From: Eledone cirrhosa
Taxonomy: Eukaryota
DNA: 64,000 nucleotides
Reading direction: 5' to 3'
NCBI GenBank assembly: GCA_964016885.1
Contig: OZ024749.1
Coordinates: 34,658,001-34,722,000, forward strand
Below, piece by piece: positions 51,558 to 63,834 of the stretch; the first letter of the stretch is position 1; each line of letters opens with the position of its first letter. The position numbers and the translations under genes are program-made. The notes below the pieces were generated by a model that saw only the letters and a program-made list of their open reading frames with translations, did no database searches and was not told where the DNA came from.

Positions 51558-51606
51558 GTTGCCATGGAGATGACAGTGTCATGTTAGAATCCCTGGTGGT
51601 AGCAAC
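51558..51606. promoter_or_regulatory. candidate RFX X-box motif(s)
   Basis: GTTGCCATGGAGAT (51558-71) resembles the X-box palindrome GTTGCCATGGCAAC. A half-site GGTAGCAAC lies ~30 bp downstream. Confidence 0.3.
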
Positions 51607-51689
51607 AGGAGGAAGGGCAGAACACAACAGATCATCAGCATGAATCATGTTATACATTAACATATATCTCTGTCACAATATCACACCCA

Positions 51690-52035
51690 ATATACGTCTC
51701 CATTACATCATCAATCAATGTTGTATGTCACACAATACATCTCTGTTATACAGCACACCTCTGTCACCACATCACCCAATCTATTATGTCACATGCCACA
51801 CCTCTGTTACAACATTACCCAATGCATTATGTCACACAGCACACCTGTTACATCACCCAATGTATTATGTCACACACTACACCTCTATTACAACATCACC
51901 CAATGCATTATGTCACACAACACACCTGTCACAACATCACCCAATGCATTATGTCACACAGCACACCTCTGTTATGTCACCCAATATATTATATCACACA
52001 CTTCCCCTCTATTACATTATTTGTCATAACATCAT
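51690..52035. repeat. degenerate ~38-43-bp tandem repeat
   Basis: catcacccaatgcattatgtcacacagcacacct recurring. Confidence 0.85.
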
Positions 52036-53027
52036 AATGTAGTCTTGCCAAAGCTCAAAACAGAGCATATGAACACGACATGGTCACTTGGCCTGTCTTA
52101 CCCATGAAAACATGGAAAATATACATTGAAGAAGGATCATGATGATATATATATTTATATATAACAGGCTTCTGTAGTTTCTGTCTACAAAATTCCACTG
52201 ACAAATCATTGGTCAATCTAAGGTTATATTAGAAGACCTTTGTCCAAGGTGCTGTACAGTCAGAACTATATGAATCTGGAAGTACATGGCTGTGAAGCAA
52301 ACCCCTTAACCACACAGCCATGCCAAGGCCTATATTTAATCTATATATAATTCTGAGATTGCTTTTCTGATAAAATTATGCTGGTCTTTTAAGTATTTAT
52401 TGTAATAAAAATGACGCAGAAAAAGCCCAGCGTTAAGTACCTGTTGGGGTGACATTAAATGTGTAGCCATTATCAAAGGAAATCTCTACTTCTTGCTGGG
52501 TTTTTGACATATAATGCTGCACATGTTTCTTATCACTTCTGCATCTGTTATCAACAGAAATAACACTTGTAGCAACTGTAACTTTATTAAAAGCTACAAC
52601 AATATGAGGTAATAAGGGGGTTTTGTTGTCTCATATTTTAGACCTGCTAAAAATAACAGCTAAATTGCACTCGGAAATAGATTGTAACTTCAATATCAGC
52701 TGCAACAATACTAAGTAATGAGACAATGAAGGAACCCCATTGTCTAATATTTCAATAAAGTGCCAAACTTAAAAAATAAGTACTGGGTCAATATGATTGA
52801 CTAAAAATGGGCAATACCCAGCATGGCCACAATCTAATGAATGAAATCTGTAAACAAATAAAACAATAAAAGATTGAACAATTCCAGATAAGATTGGATT
52901 TCTTGTAAAATTAAGTGTGTATCTTCTCTTATCTACCCCTTATATCAGCAAATGTTATATTAACAGTTCTCTACTTCTACCATCAAATCTCTTCTTGTAT
53001 CTTTAGGTCTTCCTTCGGTAAGATTTT

Positions 53028-53600
53028 TTAACTCTTTCTTTACTATGTTTCTAATGAAAGACACTGCTGGCTATGATTTTAAAATAATTTTGAAAATAAT
53101 GCAGAATTTGAATGTATTTAGAAATGTAACTTTCATGCTAAGCTGTCTTGTGATTTTGAAAATAATCAAGAACTCAGAGAAATTTAGTAATATATCTAAC
53201 TTTTTCATTATTAAAGTAGTGTTTAGATTTAATTATTAATTATTTATAATGTTATTTATACAACTCTTCAGTAAATAAAAATTTTATTGAAAACTTAGCA
53301 AAGGTTCTTACATAAAATTATGATGGAAATGTTTTTGATAAATATAAACACTAACTCTTTCGTTACCATATTTCTAATGAACACCATTTCATATAACTTT
53401 CAAATCAAATCATTTTGAAAATAATAAAGAATCTGGAAGGATTTAGTATATAACTTTCTCATTATTAAATTAGTGTTCGGAATATAACTTGGCAAAGGAT
53501 CTTAAATAAAATTATGATGAAAGGGTTTTAGATAAATATAAACAATTCAAAACATACAGTTTTGCATCACAGAACCGGAGGGGGGGGGGGGGGGGTTACG
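53028..53600 (+). mobile_element. two tandem MITE family B copies
   Basis: taactcttt..ttacYatRtttctaatgaa...cttacataaaattatgatggaa starts at ~53028 and again at ~53352. Confidence 0.7.
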
Positions 53601-54132
53601 GGTGGCTTGGTGTAAAAAACCAGCCAGGTTATGGCATATATTTTCTTTCTTTCTTTCTAATAACTTTTTCTTATATCACAACATTAGATATTCATCAACA
53701 TTTTTTTTTCTCATTCACCACGGTTATTGTTTCCATTTCTTCTTCTTCATTCTCCTCCTACTCCCCTCCCCTCTCTCTTCTTCTCCTCCTCATCCTTATC
53801 TTCCTCCTACTCCTCCTCTTCCTTATCTTTCTTTTATTATTTATTTCTTTTATGTGTTATTTCTTTCATTGTTTATGTTTATTTATTTATCTATTTTATT
53901 TGTTATTTTATTCTTTCGTTCTTTCTTTCATTCCTTCTTTTTTCTTTCTTGCATTCTATTTTTCTTTTGAATTTTCTTTTCTTTTTTTCCCAATTTCCTC
54001 TTCATCCGTTTGTCCTCCGCCCCACCCCCAACCCTCCCACCATATCCTTCCTGTCCTCGGAATTTTGAAAAAAAAGTTGATATGGAGAGTTACATTTCGG
54101 GAAACATAGGACGTTGCTCTTGTACCGTATTC

Positions 54133-54162
54133 CAGCAGCAGCAGTAACAATATCAATGTCAA

Positions 54163-54193
<31 letters not shown>

Positions 54194-54608
54194 ACAGTAA
54201 CAGCAGCAGTGAATATGATATACCAACAGGATATATCCACAATGTCAACAGCAGCAATAATATCAACCATATCATTAGTAGTAAGGCAACAGCAACAGCA
54301 AAAGTAACAATATCTATGTCAACAGCAGCAATAAGAACAACAACAACAGCAACTGTAACAATATCAAAGTCAATAGTAACACCAATAAGAACAACAACAG
54401 CAACAACTGTAACAATATCAATAAGAACAATAACAGCAGCAGCAATAAGAACAACAACATCAGTAGCAGCAGTAGCAATAAGAACAATAACAGCAGCAGC
54501 AATAAGAACAACAACATCAGTAGCAACAGTAACAATAGCAATCACAACAACAGCAATAAGAACAAGAACAACAGCAGCATCATCAGTAAATAAGAATAGT
54601 AACCACAA
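54133..54608. repeat. degenerate (AAC/AGC)n tract
   Basis: Seen directly. Confidence 0.88.
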
Positions 54609-55026
54609 CTATTGGTTGTTGAGAGATATACTGAGTTTGTCATCTTGCCTTGAAGTCCACCAAGTAGACACTTCAGTTTTATATTCTCCACTGCGATGGA
54701 CTGATGTCCTGTCCAGGGGGAGTCTTGTACTCTCAGTCACTTCACGCCATGAAACCAGGATAAACACCAGCCTTACGAACCCTCTGGCTTAAGGCAGACT
54801 TTAAACTTAGAAACTCTGGTTGATGAAGAGCACATTGCTGTTCACATCAAACACTGCTCCATTTAGCTGCTATTTTGGAGTGGAGGATGGGCACATTGAA
54901 CCCCTCCCTCCTATGAGGATGTGGTGCATCACTTTTCTTCTTAACTACTTGCACAAATTCCTTGGGCAAGGAGACATATGTTTTTGTGACAAAGCACTGC
55001 CACACTTCCTACTCCCACTGCATCAC

Positions 55027-56155
55027 CAGGTACACTGTGTATCTAGGTACACTGCGTGTCTAGGTACACTGTGTCTAGGTACACTGTGTGTCTAGGTACA
55101 CTGTGTGTCTAGGTACACTGTTTGTCTAGGTATACTGTGTGTCTAGGTACACTGCATGTCTAGGTACACTGTGTCTAGGTACACTGTGTGTCTAGGTACA
55201 CTGTGTGTCTAGGTACACTGCGTGTCTAGGTACACTGTGTCTAGGTACACTGTGTGTCTAGGTACACTGTGTGTCTAGGTATACTGTGTATCTAGGCACA
55301 CTGTGTGTCTAGGAACACTGTGTGTCTAGGTACACTGCGTGTCTAGGTACACTGTGTCTAGGTACACTGTGTGTCTAGGTACACAGTGTATCTAGGTACA
55401 CTGTGTATCTAGGTACACTGTGTGTCTAGGTACACTGTGTGTCTAGGTAAACTGTGTGTCTAGGTACACTGTGTGTCTAGGTACACTGTGTGTCTAGGTA
55501 CACTGTGTGTCTAGGTACACTGCGTGTCTAGGTACACTGCGTGTCTAGGTACACTGCGTGTCTAGGTACACTGTGTATCAAGGTACACTGTGTGTCTAGG
55601 TACACTGCATGACGACTAGGTACACTGTGTGTCTAGGTACACTGCGTGTCTAGGTACACTGTGTCTAGGTACACTGTGTGTCTAGGTACACTGTGTGTCT
55701 AGGTATACTGTGTGTCTAGGTACACTCTGTATCTAGGTACACTCTGTGTCTAGGTACACTGTGTATTTAGGTACACTGTGTGTCTAGGTACACTGTGTGT
55801 CTAGGTACACTCTGTATCTAGGTACACTCTGTGTCTAGGTACACTGTGTATCTAGGTACACTGTGTGTCTAGGTACACTGTGTATCTAGGTACACTGTGT
55901 GTCTAGGTACAGTGCGTGTCTAGGTACAGTGCGTGTCTAGGTACACTGCATGTCTAGGTACACTGCGTGTCTAGGTACACTGTGTCTAGGTACACTGTGT
56001 GTCTAGGTACACTGCGTCTCTAGGTACACTGTGTCTAGGTACAGTGCGTGTCTAGGTACACTGTGTGTCTAGGGTTCACTGCGTGTCTAGGTACACTGTG
56101 TGTCTAGGTACATTGTGTGTCTAGGTACACTGAATGTCTTGGTACACTGTGTATC
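55027..56155. repeat. 17-bp quasi-palindromic minisatellite, ~65 copies
   Basis: CTAGGTACACTGTGTGT with period 17; 15-bp variants are present. Confidence 0.96.
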
Positions 56156-56313
56156 TCCTCAACACTGCTGAGATGTGGTAGTTATGATCGAATCTTGTCA
56201 ATCTATCAGGGCTTGTGAGCTGAGGTTACCCGGCAACTATTACTACTACCACTACTGTTACAAATAATAATAATAATACTGCAACAGCTGATTAAGTTCC
56301 TTCTATAAACATG

Positions 56314-56353
<40 letters not shown>

Positions 56354-57687
56354 ATTCCATTTTCTTCCACCTTGCATCTGTTGTTTTTTTCTTGTGTATG
56401 TTTACCCCTTTCATTTGTCATGATTTTGTTTGTGGCAGGTGAGGTGAGTAAATATCAATGCAGAGCTGAGTGAGTGGAAGGTGGAGGAGGAGGCACAATA
56501 TGAGGAAGATTATGTGAAGTGGAATATGGTGTTGAGTTATTATTGATTATATTGATAGTTTTTGACGGTATATATATAATGTGTGTGTTTGTGTTTATGT
56601 GTATGTGTGTGCTTGTATATGCATGTGTGTGTGTGTTTGTGTATGTATGTATGTATGTATACTAAAGGTTTTGCCATTCCCTTGGACAACGTTAATGGCT
56701 TTGAATGGAGGAGGCTGGCATGCATGGGTGACTGATGGTCTTCTGCCCAAGTTTGTGTCTTGAAGAGGTAATCCCATGGTCCGTAAAAAAAAAAAAAAAA
56801 AAAAAATTCTTCAAAGACACAACACACTGCCTGATCTGAGAATCAAGCTCATCACCTTATGATCCTGAGCTCAATACTCAAACCACTGAACCACATGCCT
56901 TCACATCAGTTTATATTTCAAATGAAATTACATTGTATTAGAGAAGTGTCATTTTCAGAGTTATTAGTGGAACAGTTACAGGAGAAAGTCAATCTTATGT
57001 TGTGGTCAGGGATTTCTGAAATCACCAGGGACATGTCACAGATTTCAATATTTCTTTCAGTAAACTAGTTGTATTTGTTTCTTATATATATATATATTTA
57101 TACACATACACACACATACAAATATACACACATGCATACATATGCATATAAATGTATACCCACCCACATATAGTATTTAGCATCTAATTTAGTGTAATGT
57201 TTATAAATACCAAAGCTTTTAAAGTGTGATTGATAACATAAATTTTCTTACGACTGGTAGTTTTACTGTTGTTGATGTTGTTGGTGTTGGTGTTGTTGTT
57301 GTTGGGGGTATTGTTGCTGATCTTATTATTGTTGCTGTTGTTAATGTTAGAGTTGATGTTGTTGTTGTTACATCTGTTATAACATCAGTGTCATCAGCCT
57401 GTAGTTATTGCAACTATAATTATAGTTTTTGTTGTTGTTGCTGTTGTTGGCAGTTAAGAAGATAAATATCATAATCGGAGTAAATATGAAACTCTGTATC
57501 ATATTTAGTTTCAAATGATGATCTGAGAAGACAAGTTAATCTGCAATGAGATTTGCTATCATATCAACTTTCTCCAACACCACCTGGGTTTATAGACAAA
57601 CTAAAACACAGCTAACTACTCCTGTCTTACAAATTCTCTGCTGCGTATTTCTAGATGTGTTTTAAAGGGTTCTACTTCGTCTGGACA

Positions 57688-57886
57688 TGTGAAGACACAT
57701 GGCTTAATGGTTAGAGTATTGGGCTCACAAACAAGGTCATGATTTCAATTCTCAGACTGAGTGGTGTGTTATGTCCTTGAGCAAGACACTTTGTTTCACA
57801 ATGCTATAGTCCACTCAGCTGGCAAAAATGAGTTGTGACAACACTTATGCCAAGCTGTATCGGCCTTTGTCTTTCCCTTGGACAAC
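57688..57886 (+). mobile_element. tRNA-headed SINE (partial)
   Basis: gaagacacatggcttaatggttagag...atttcaattctcagac...gtccttgagcaagacacttt. Confidence 0.78.
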
Positions 57887-58850
57887 ATATGTAGACTATA
57901 TATACAGTATATAGTGTATAGTGTGTGTGTGTGTGTATATATATATATATGTATATGTGTGTGTGTGTATAAAGTAGTTTCCTAACTTAGGGAAGTAAAC
58001 ATCAATCATTCATTTTGTTTCAAATCGTTTTAGTTTTTACATTTGAAAAGAGGGTTTAAGCCCTGAAATATTATGTTGAAATATACTGGGTAAAAACATT
58101 ACTTTATTTTGTTCTACTTGTCATCCTTTGCCTTTTATATATTATATATTATATTATATATAAGGTGATGATACAGGATCAAGGTCTCTGGCGCTCTGCA
58201 GTAATGCAGAAAACCCACATTCACAGGTGCACAGATTGAAGCATAAATCACTTTCCCCTTCTCCCTTCATACACTTCCCATGTCCTAACACTCTACCCTC
58301 CACCCATGTTCTCACATCCCCACTCTAGGCCTCCCTTTCCAATCCCCATGCTTCATACATGCACCTCCCCCATCACAGCCGCCAGTTCACACTGTAAAGT
58401 GGTCATTTTGGTATCACAAAAAAAAAAAGTACAACCCTAAAGTACAACCCTAACTGTAAAGTGGTCATCTTGGTGCCATGATAAATAGTCCACACTGTAA
58501 ATGTAGTTGGTGTTGGGAAGGGCATCCAGCCGTAGTAACCAAGCCAGAAACAGTTCTGCTCTTCAGTTTGGCGATCCAATGAAAAAAAAAAATAGTGTTA
58601 TATTAAGAAAAATTATGAAGTTTCGTTTACATGTACTTAGTTTTTTTAATTTATATTAACCTGTTATGCACATTTTGAAGAGGATTGGCTCAGGGTCAAC
58701 CACTGAAGTTATGGACCTGACTCTGCTATCGATCTGCTCTTCAGACTGGTGATCCAACAAAAAATATAGTGTTTGTTGTGATTTGTTAGACATGGGTATA
58801 TATATATATATAAGCATTAGCCATAAATGTACACACACACACATATATAT

Positions 58851-59259
58851 ATCATCATCATCATCGTTTAACGTCCATCCTCCATGCTATCATGGGTTTG
58901 GACGGGAATTTTCCCACTTGAGGCAAGATTGGTTGTCTTGCTCGTATAGGACTGTCTAGCGGGTTTTCTATGGCTGGATGCTCTTCCCAACACCAACCAC
59001 GTTTTACAGTGTGGACTAGGAGGTTTTTACCGTGTTACCTACATGGCCACATTACAGCCTGGACTGTGTGTTTTTTTTGTCGTGACACCTACACGACCTC
59101 ATTTACTTTACATTGAGAGGGGTGGTGTGGGTTGGGTGGGGGTAGTGAGATGGGGGTGTATTTTGGTAAGAGGTGCCTACTGACTGTAGGTTTCGCTTTG
59201 CACTTAGGCAAGGCGGGTCTTCTGTATTACTGTGTAGCGCCAAAGATCTCGGTCCAGTG

Positions 59260-59264
<5 letters not shown>
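58851..59264 (-). mobile_element. RTE LINE 3' end fragment
   Basis: (CAT)n-cgtttaacgtcca... matches the 10825 and 59571 copies; truncated at ggtccagtgacatt. Confidence 0.9.
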
Positions 59265-59309
<45 letters not shown>

Positions 59310-59335
59310 CATTATATATATATATATATAGTGAC

Positions 59336-59364
<29 letters not shown>

Positions 59365-59369
<5 letters not shown>

Positions 59370-59546
59370 AAAATGTATAACCCCAACGACAGAGCTCAAG
59401 CCGGTTCGACGGCTATTTCTGGACTGAAATAGCTGAAGAGTCCAGAAATAGCCGTCGAAACGGCTTGAGCTCTGCCGTCAGGGTCAGACATTTTCCTATT
59501 ACCCACTCTACTACCCTGCGTTATGGTCCTTACCACAACTCCTCGT
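59365..59546. mobile_element. fold-back element, family 3 (~60-bp arms, 13-nt spacer, ~47-bp tail) with hammerhead core words at the apex
   Basis: ataggaaaatgt...ggctatttctggact / agtccagaaatagcc...acattttcctat. Apex GGACT-GAAA-TAG-CTGAAGA-GTCC; (TA)n on both sides. Confidence 0.7.
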
Positions 59547-59570
59547 TATATATATATATATATATATATA

Positions 59571-60917
59571 TCATCATCATCATCATCATCGTTTAACGTC
59601 CATATTCCACGCTTGCATGGGTTTGGACGGGAGTTTTCCCACTTGAGGCAAGAGTGGTTGTCTTGCTCGCATAGGACTGTCTGGCGGGTTTTCTACGGCT
59701 GGATGCCCTTCCTAACACCAAACACATTTACAGTGTGGAACTGGGAGGTTTTTACCGTGTTACCTACACTGCCACATTACAGCGTGGACTGTGTGTTTTT
59801 TTTGTTGTGACATCTACACGACCTCATTTGTTTCGGGCTGGATGTTGTGGTACCAACATAACTTTACATTGAAAGGTGTGGTGTGGATGGGGTGGGAGTA
59901 GTGGGACGGGGTGTATTTTGTTAGAGGTGCCTACTGACTGTAGTAGGTTTCACTTTGCACTTAGGTAAGGCGGATCTTCTCTATTACTGTGTAGCGCCAA
60001 AGATCTCGGTCCAGTGACATTGTCTTGGAGAGGTGTAAGTGTGTGAGGTCGGAATTTATCAAGTCGTCCCAGGTTTTTCTAGGCCTGCCTACTCTGTGGC
60101 TACCGTCTATTTTTATTGCCCTGCACTTTTTTATACAGCTGTCGTCTTTCATGCGCATCACGTGACCATACCAACGTAGTCTTCTCTCGAGTAAACAACA
60201 TCTGATCCCTCTTATTTCTAATTTCTCCCTTAGTTCGTTTATGCTTTGCCGTTCACGTATATTACTATTACACATCCAGCGGAGCATGCAAGCTTCGTTT
60301 CTCTCCAGTCTGCGTATATCCTCTGCACACAATGCCCAGGTTTCACTGCCATGTAACATTGCTGTTCGTATGCAGGCATCATACAGCCTGCCTTTCATTT
60401 TTAGAGTGAACCCTTTAGCGGCCAATAGTGGTATAAGCTCTCTGAACTTTTTCCATCCCGTTCTGACTCTAGCTACTGTACTTTCAGAGTACCCTCCCCC
60501 ACTGCTGATTTTGTCACCCAGGTAACGGAAGCTGTCCACTATTTCTATAGAACCATCTGTGCAATGGAATGAGTTAGTATTCAGTGGGCACTTGCTGCTA
60601 CTTATTGCACCAGAGCACCGGTCACATATAAAATCTATATTCTTAGTTAGCTTACCTGTGATCCCACTACATCTTTTAGGTACCCATACTTTGCATTTGG
60701 GACATAAAATGGAGTTTCTACCTACTCCTTTCCTACACACTGAGCATGGCCATTTCCCAGATGGGACCAGTGCCCTATTTTCCTTCCTACAAACTAGAAC
60801 TTTAGTCTTAGACAAGTTAACTTTAAGGCCTTTTGATTCTAGGCCATGCTTCCATGTTTGGAATTTCTTCTCTAGTTCAGCCATAGATTCAGCTATGAGC
60901 GTTAGATCATCTGCATA
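59571..60917 (-). mobile_element. 5'-truncated RTE-clade LINE; open frame from the RT YADD motif to the stop (59961-60917)
   Basis: YADDLTLIAES...GLKVNLSKTKVL...CSVC...CPKC...C...CDRC...FRYLGD...HGSETW...RRLRWYGHVMRM...GRPRKTW; (CAT)n tail. The ORF N-terminus in the track is microsatellite read-through. Confidence 0.95.
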
Positions 60918-61506
60918 TGTGTGTGTGTGTGTGCACATAAATGTACGTATATATGTGTGTGTGTGTACAGTACATTTATGAGTTGTATGTATAGATATGT
61001 ACATGTATGCATGTATGTATGTAGTAATATTTAGAATTAGTTAAAGACAGAAAATTATGTCAGAACAGAGATAGAAACATGTAGAATTTGTTAAAGACAA
61101 TAAGTTTAGTCAGAAGAGATATAGAGATATTATGTAGGCAGAGAAAAATAGTTAAAGCTAAACTAATTGTTATTGGATGTCTCTCCAGATCTCTTAACAA
61201 ATATCTGAATATCATCTTAGTCTTTCTTTCCTCTTCCTTTGTCTTTTAATCAATATCAAGTAATCATGCTTTACCTTACCTAGGTAGCTGTTCTGTTAAA
61301 TATAATCAATTTGGCAACAGATGGTGATATATAAGGATGGCGGCAGTGGTGGTGGTGATGTGGTGGTGGTAATGGTGTGTGGTGATTGTAGCATTAGTGG
61401 ATGGTGGTGGTGATGGCAGCAGTGGTGGTGCTGTAATGATCTTGAAGGTACTCTAGGTTGTGAAAATAATGGTGGTGGTGGTTGTGGTGTAGAGGTGGTG
61501 GTGATA

Positions 61507-62490
61507 GTTGTTGGTGTGGTAATGGTGGCAGTGGTGTAGTGATGGTGGTGAAGGAAGACTGGGTTGTGATTATGTTGATGGTGGTAGTGGTGGTGTTAGT
61601 TGTTGGTGTGGTAATGGTGGCAGTGGTGTAGTGATGGTGGTGAAGGAAGACTGGGTTGTGATTATGTTGATGGTGGTAGTGGTGGTGTTAGTTGTTGGTG
61701 TGGTAATGGTGGCAGTGGTATAGTGATGGTGGTGAAGGAAGACTGGGTTGTGATTATGTTGATGGTGGTAGTGGTGGTGTTAGTTGTTGGTGTGGTAATG
61801 GTGGCAGTGGTATAGTGATGGTGGTGAAGGAAGACTGGGTTGTGATTATGTTGATGGTGGTAGTGGTGGTGTTAGTTGTTGGTGTGGTAATGGTGGCAGT
61901 GGTGTAGTGATGGTGGTGAAGGAAGACTGGGTTGTGATTATGTTGATGGTGGTAGTGGTGGTGTTAGTTGTTGGTGTGGTAATGGTGGCAGTGGTATAGT
62001 GATGGTGGTGAAGGAAGACTGGGTTGTGATTATGTTGATGGTGGTAGTGGTGGTGTTAGTTGTTGGTGTGGTAATGGTGGCAGTGGTATAGTGATGGTGG
62101 TGAAGGAAGACTGGGTTGTGATTATGTTGATGGTGGTAGTGGTGGTGTTAGTTGTTGGTGTGGTAATGGTGGCAGTGGTATAGTGATGGTGGTGAAGGAA
62201 GACTGGGTTGTGATTATGTTGATGGTGGTAGTGGTGGTGTTAGTTGTTGGTGTGGTAATGGTGGCAGTGGTATAGTGATGGTGGTGAAGGAAGACTGGGT
62301 TGTGATTATGTTGATGGTGGTAGTGGTGGTGTTAGTTGTTGGTGTGGTAATGGTGGCAGTGGTGTAGTGATGGTGGTGAAGGAAGACTGGGTTGTGATTA
62401 TGTTGATGGTGGTAGTGGTGGTGTTAGTTGTTGGTGTGGTAATGGTGGCAGTGGTGTAGTGATGAGGATGGTAAAGGAAGACTTGGTTGT
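61507..62490. repeat. 92-bp GT-rich tandem repeat, ~10.5 copies
   Basis: aaggaagactgggttgtgattatg at 61551, 61643... (period 92). Confidence 0.96.
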
Positions 62491-63423
62491 GAAAATGGCA
62501 GTGGTGATAATAATGGGGTAGCTGTGGTGCTGTTACTGGTCATGGAGTTCTGTGTTATGATGTTGGTGATGATGGTAATTTATTTGCCACAAAGACTATG
62601 GAATAGGGAACATGATAAAAGAAATTACAATAACATGAGGAGTGTGTGTGTGTGTGGGGGGGGGGGGGGCTTTCATTAAGTATATATTTGGCATGTGACT
62701 ATAGTTACACTGAATCTCCTTGAAAACTAAGTTATGGGTTCAATATGTTTATGGGATGCTCAGCCACTTGCATGTTAATTTCATTTTTCAACATAGTCCT
62801 TAAAAAGAAACAATGCAGTTATTAATAAAAAAAAGTTGAAATTAATGCATGCAAGATTTCACAGCACTAGCATCACTCCTTCATAGTCAGCCTATGAATT
62901 TTTCAGTATTTTTGTATATCAGTATCAGAATGGTGGTAGATTGCCAGAATTGTTAAAGATTCAGACAAAATGTCTTGTGGCTCTTTATGTAGTGAGTTCA
63001 AATCATCCTGAGGTCAACTTTGTCTTTGATTCGTCTCTAAAAATACCAAACAAACTGATTAGTTAATCAACCCCAATTCAAGAGTACAAAAGCGATCAAC
63101 TGTATCATAGTTCTATTGAAAGTGTCAAGTGTTTTATATTTGAAGTCACCTAACATCTCAGTTAACTCAGTAAAAACAATAGCTAGGCGTCTTTTATTGC
63201 CGAAATAATAGAATAAGGTCAAAACAACATTATTGTTTATAAAGAGTGTACGTTTGTTGAAGAGTTTTTATAGTATTTTTGTAACAATTATACAGCTTCA
63301 TAAGCTGTGCTGGGATCTCTTATGGTCCATTAAACCATGATAGAAGGCTTGTTAAAAGGAACGAACAACAATTTAACAATATGTTACCCACCCATCACAT
63401 TTCACCTTTTATATGATGTTTTT

Positions 63424-63535
63424 GTGAAGACATGTGGCCTAGTATTTAGGGTGTCAGACTCATGATCATAAGATTGTGGGTTTGATTCCTGGACAAGGTG
63501 GAATGTTGTGTTCTTAAGCAAGATACTTTATTTCT
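63424..63535 (+). mobile_element. SINE tRNA-like head fragment
   Basis: gaagacatgtggcctagtatttaggg...ggtttgattcctggac...ttcttaagcaagatacttt. Confidence 0.7.
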
Positions 63536-63623
63536 TGAAAACTTTGGTGAAAACATTTAGTCTTATATCTTTAATGAATAATCCATGTTTTATTTACATA
63601 AAGTGTTGTAATGAAGTCTCATA

Positions 63624-63700
<77 letters not shown>

Positions 63701-63791
63701 TATATACATACATACATTTAATAAATGAAACAAAACAAAACACAGGAAGCAAAATTACAGTTATATTAGGTTCACACACTTGGAGGATATA

Positions 63792-63792
63792 T

Positions 63793-63834
<42 letters not shown>

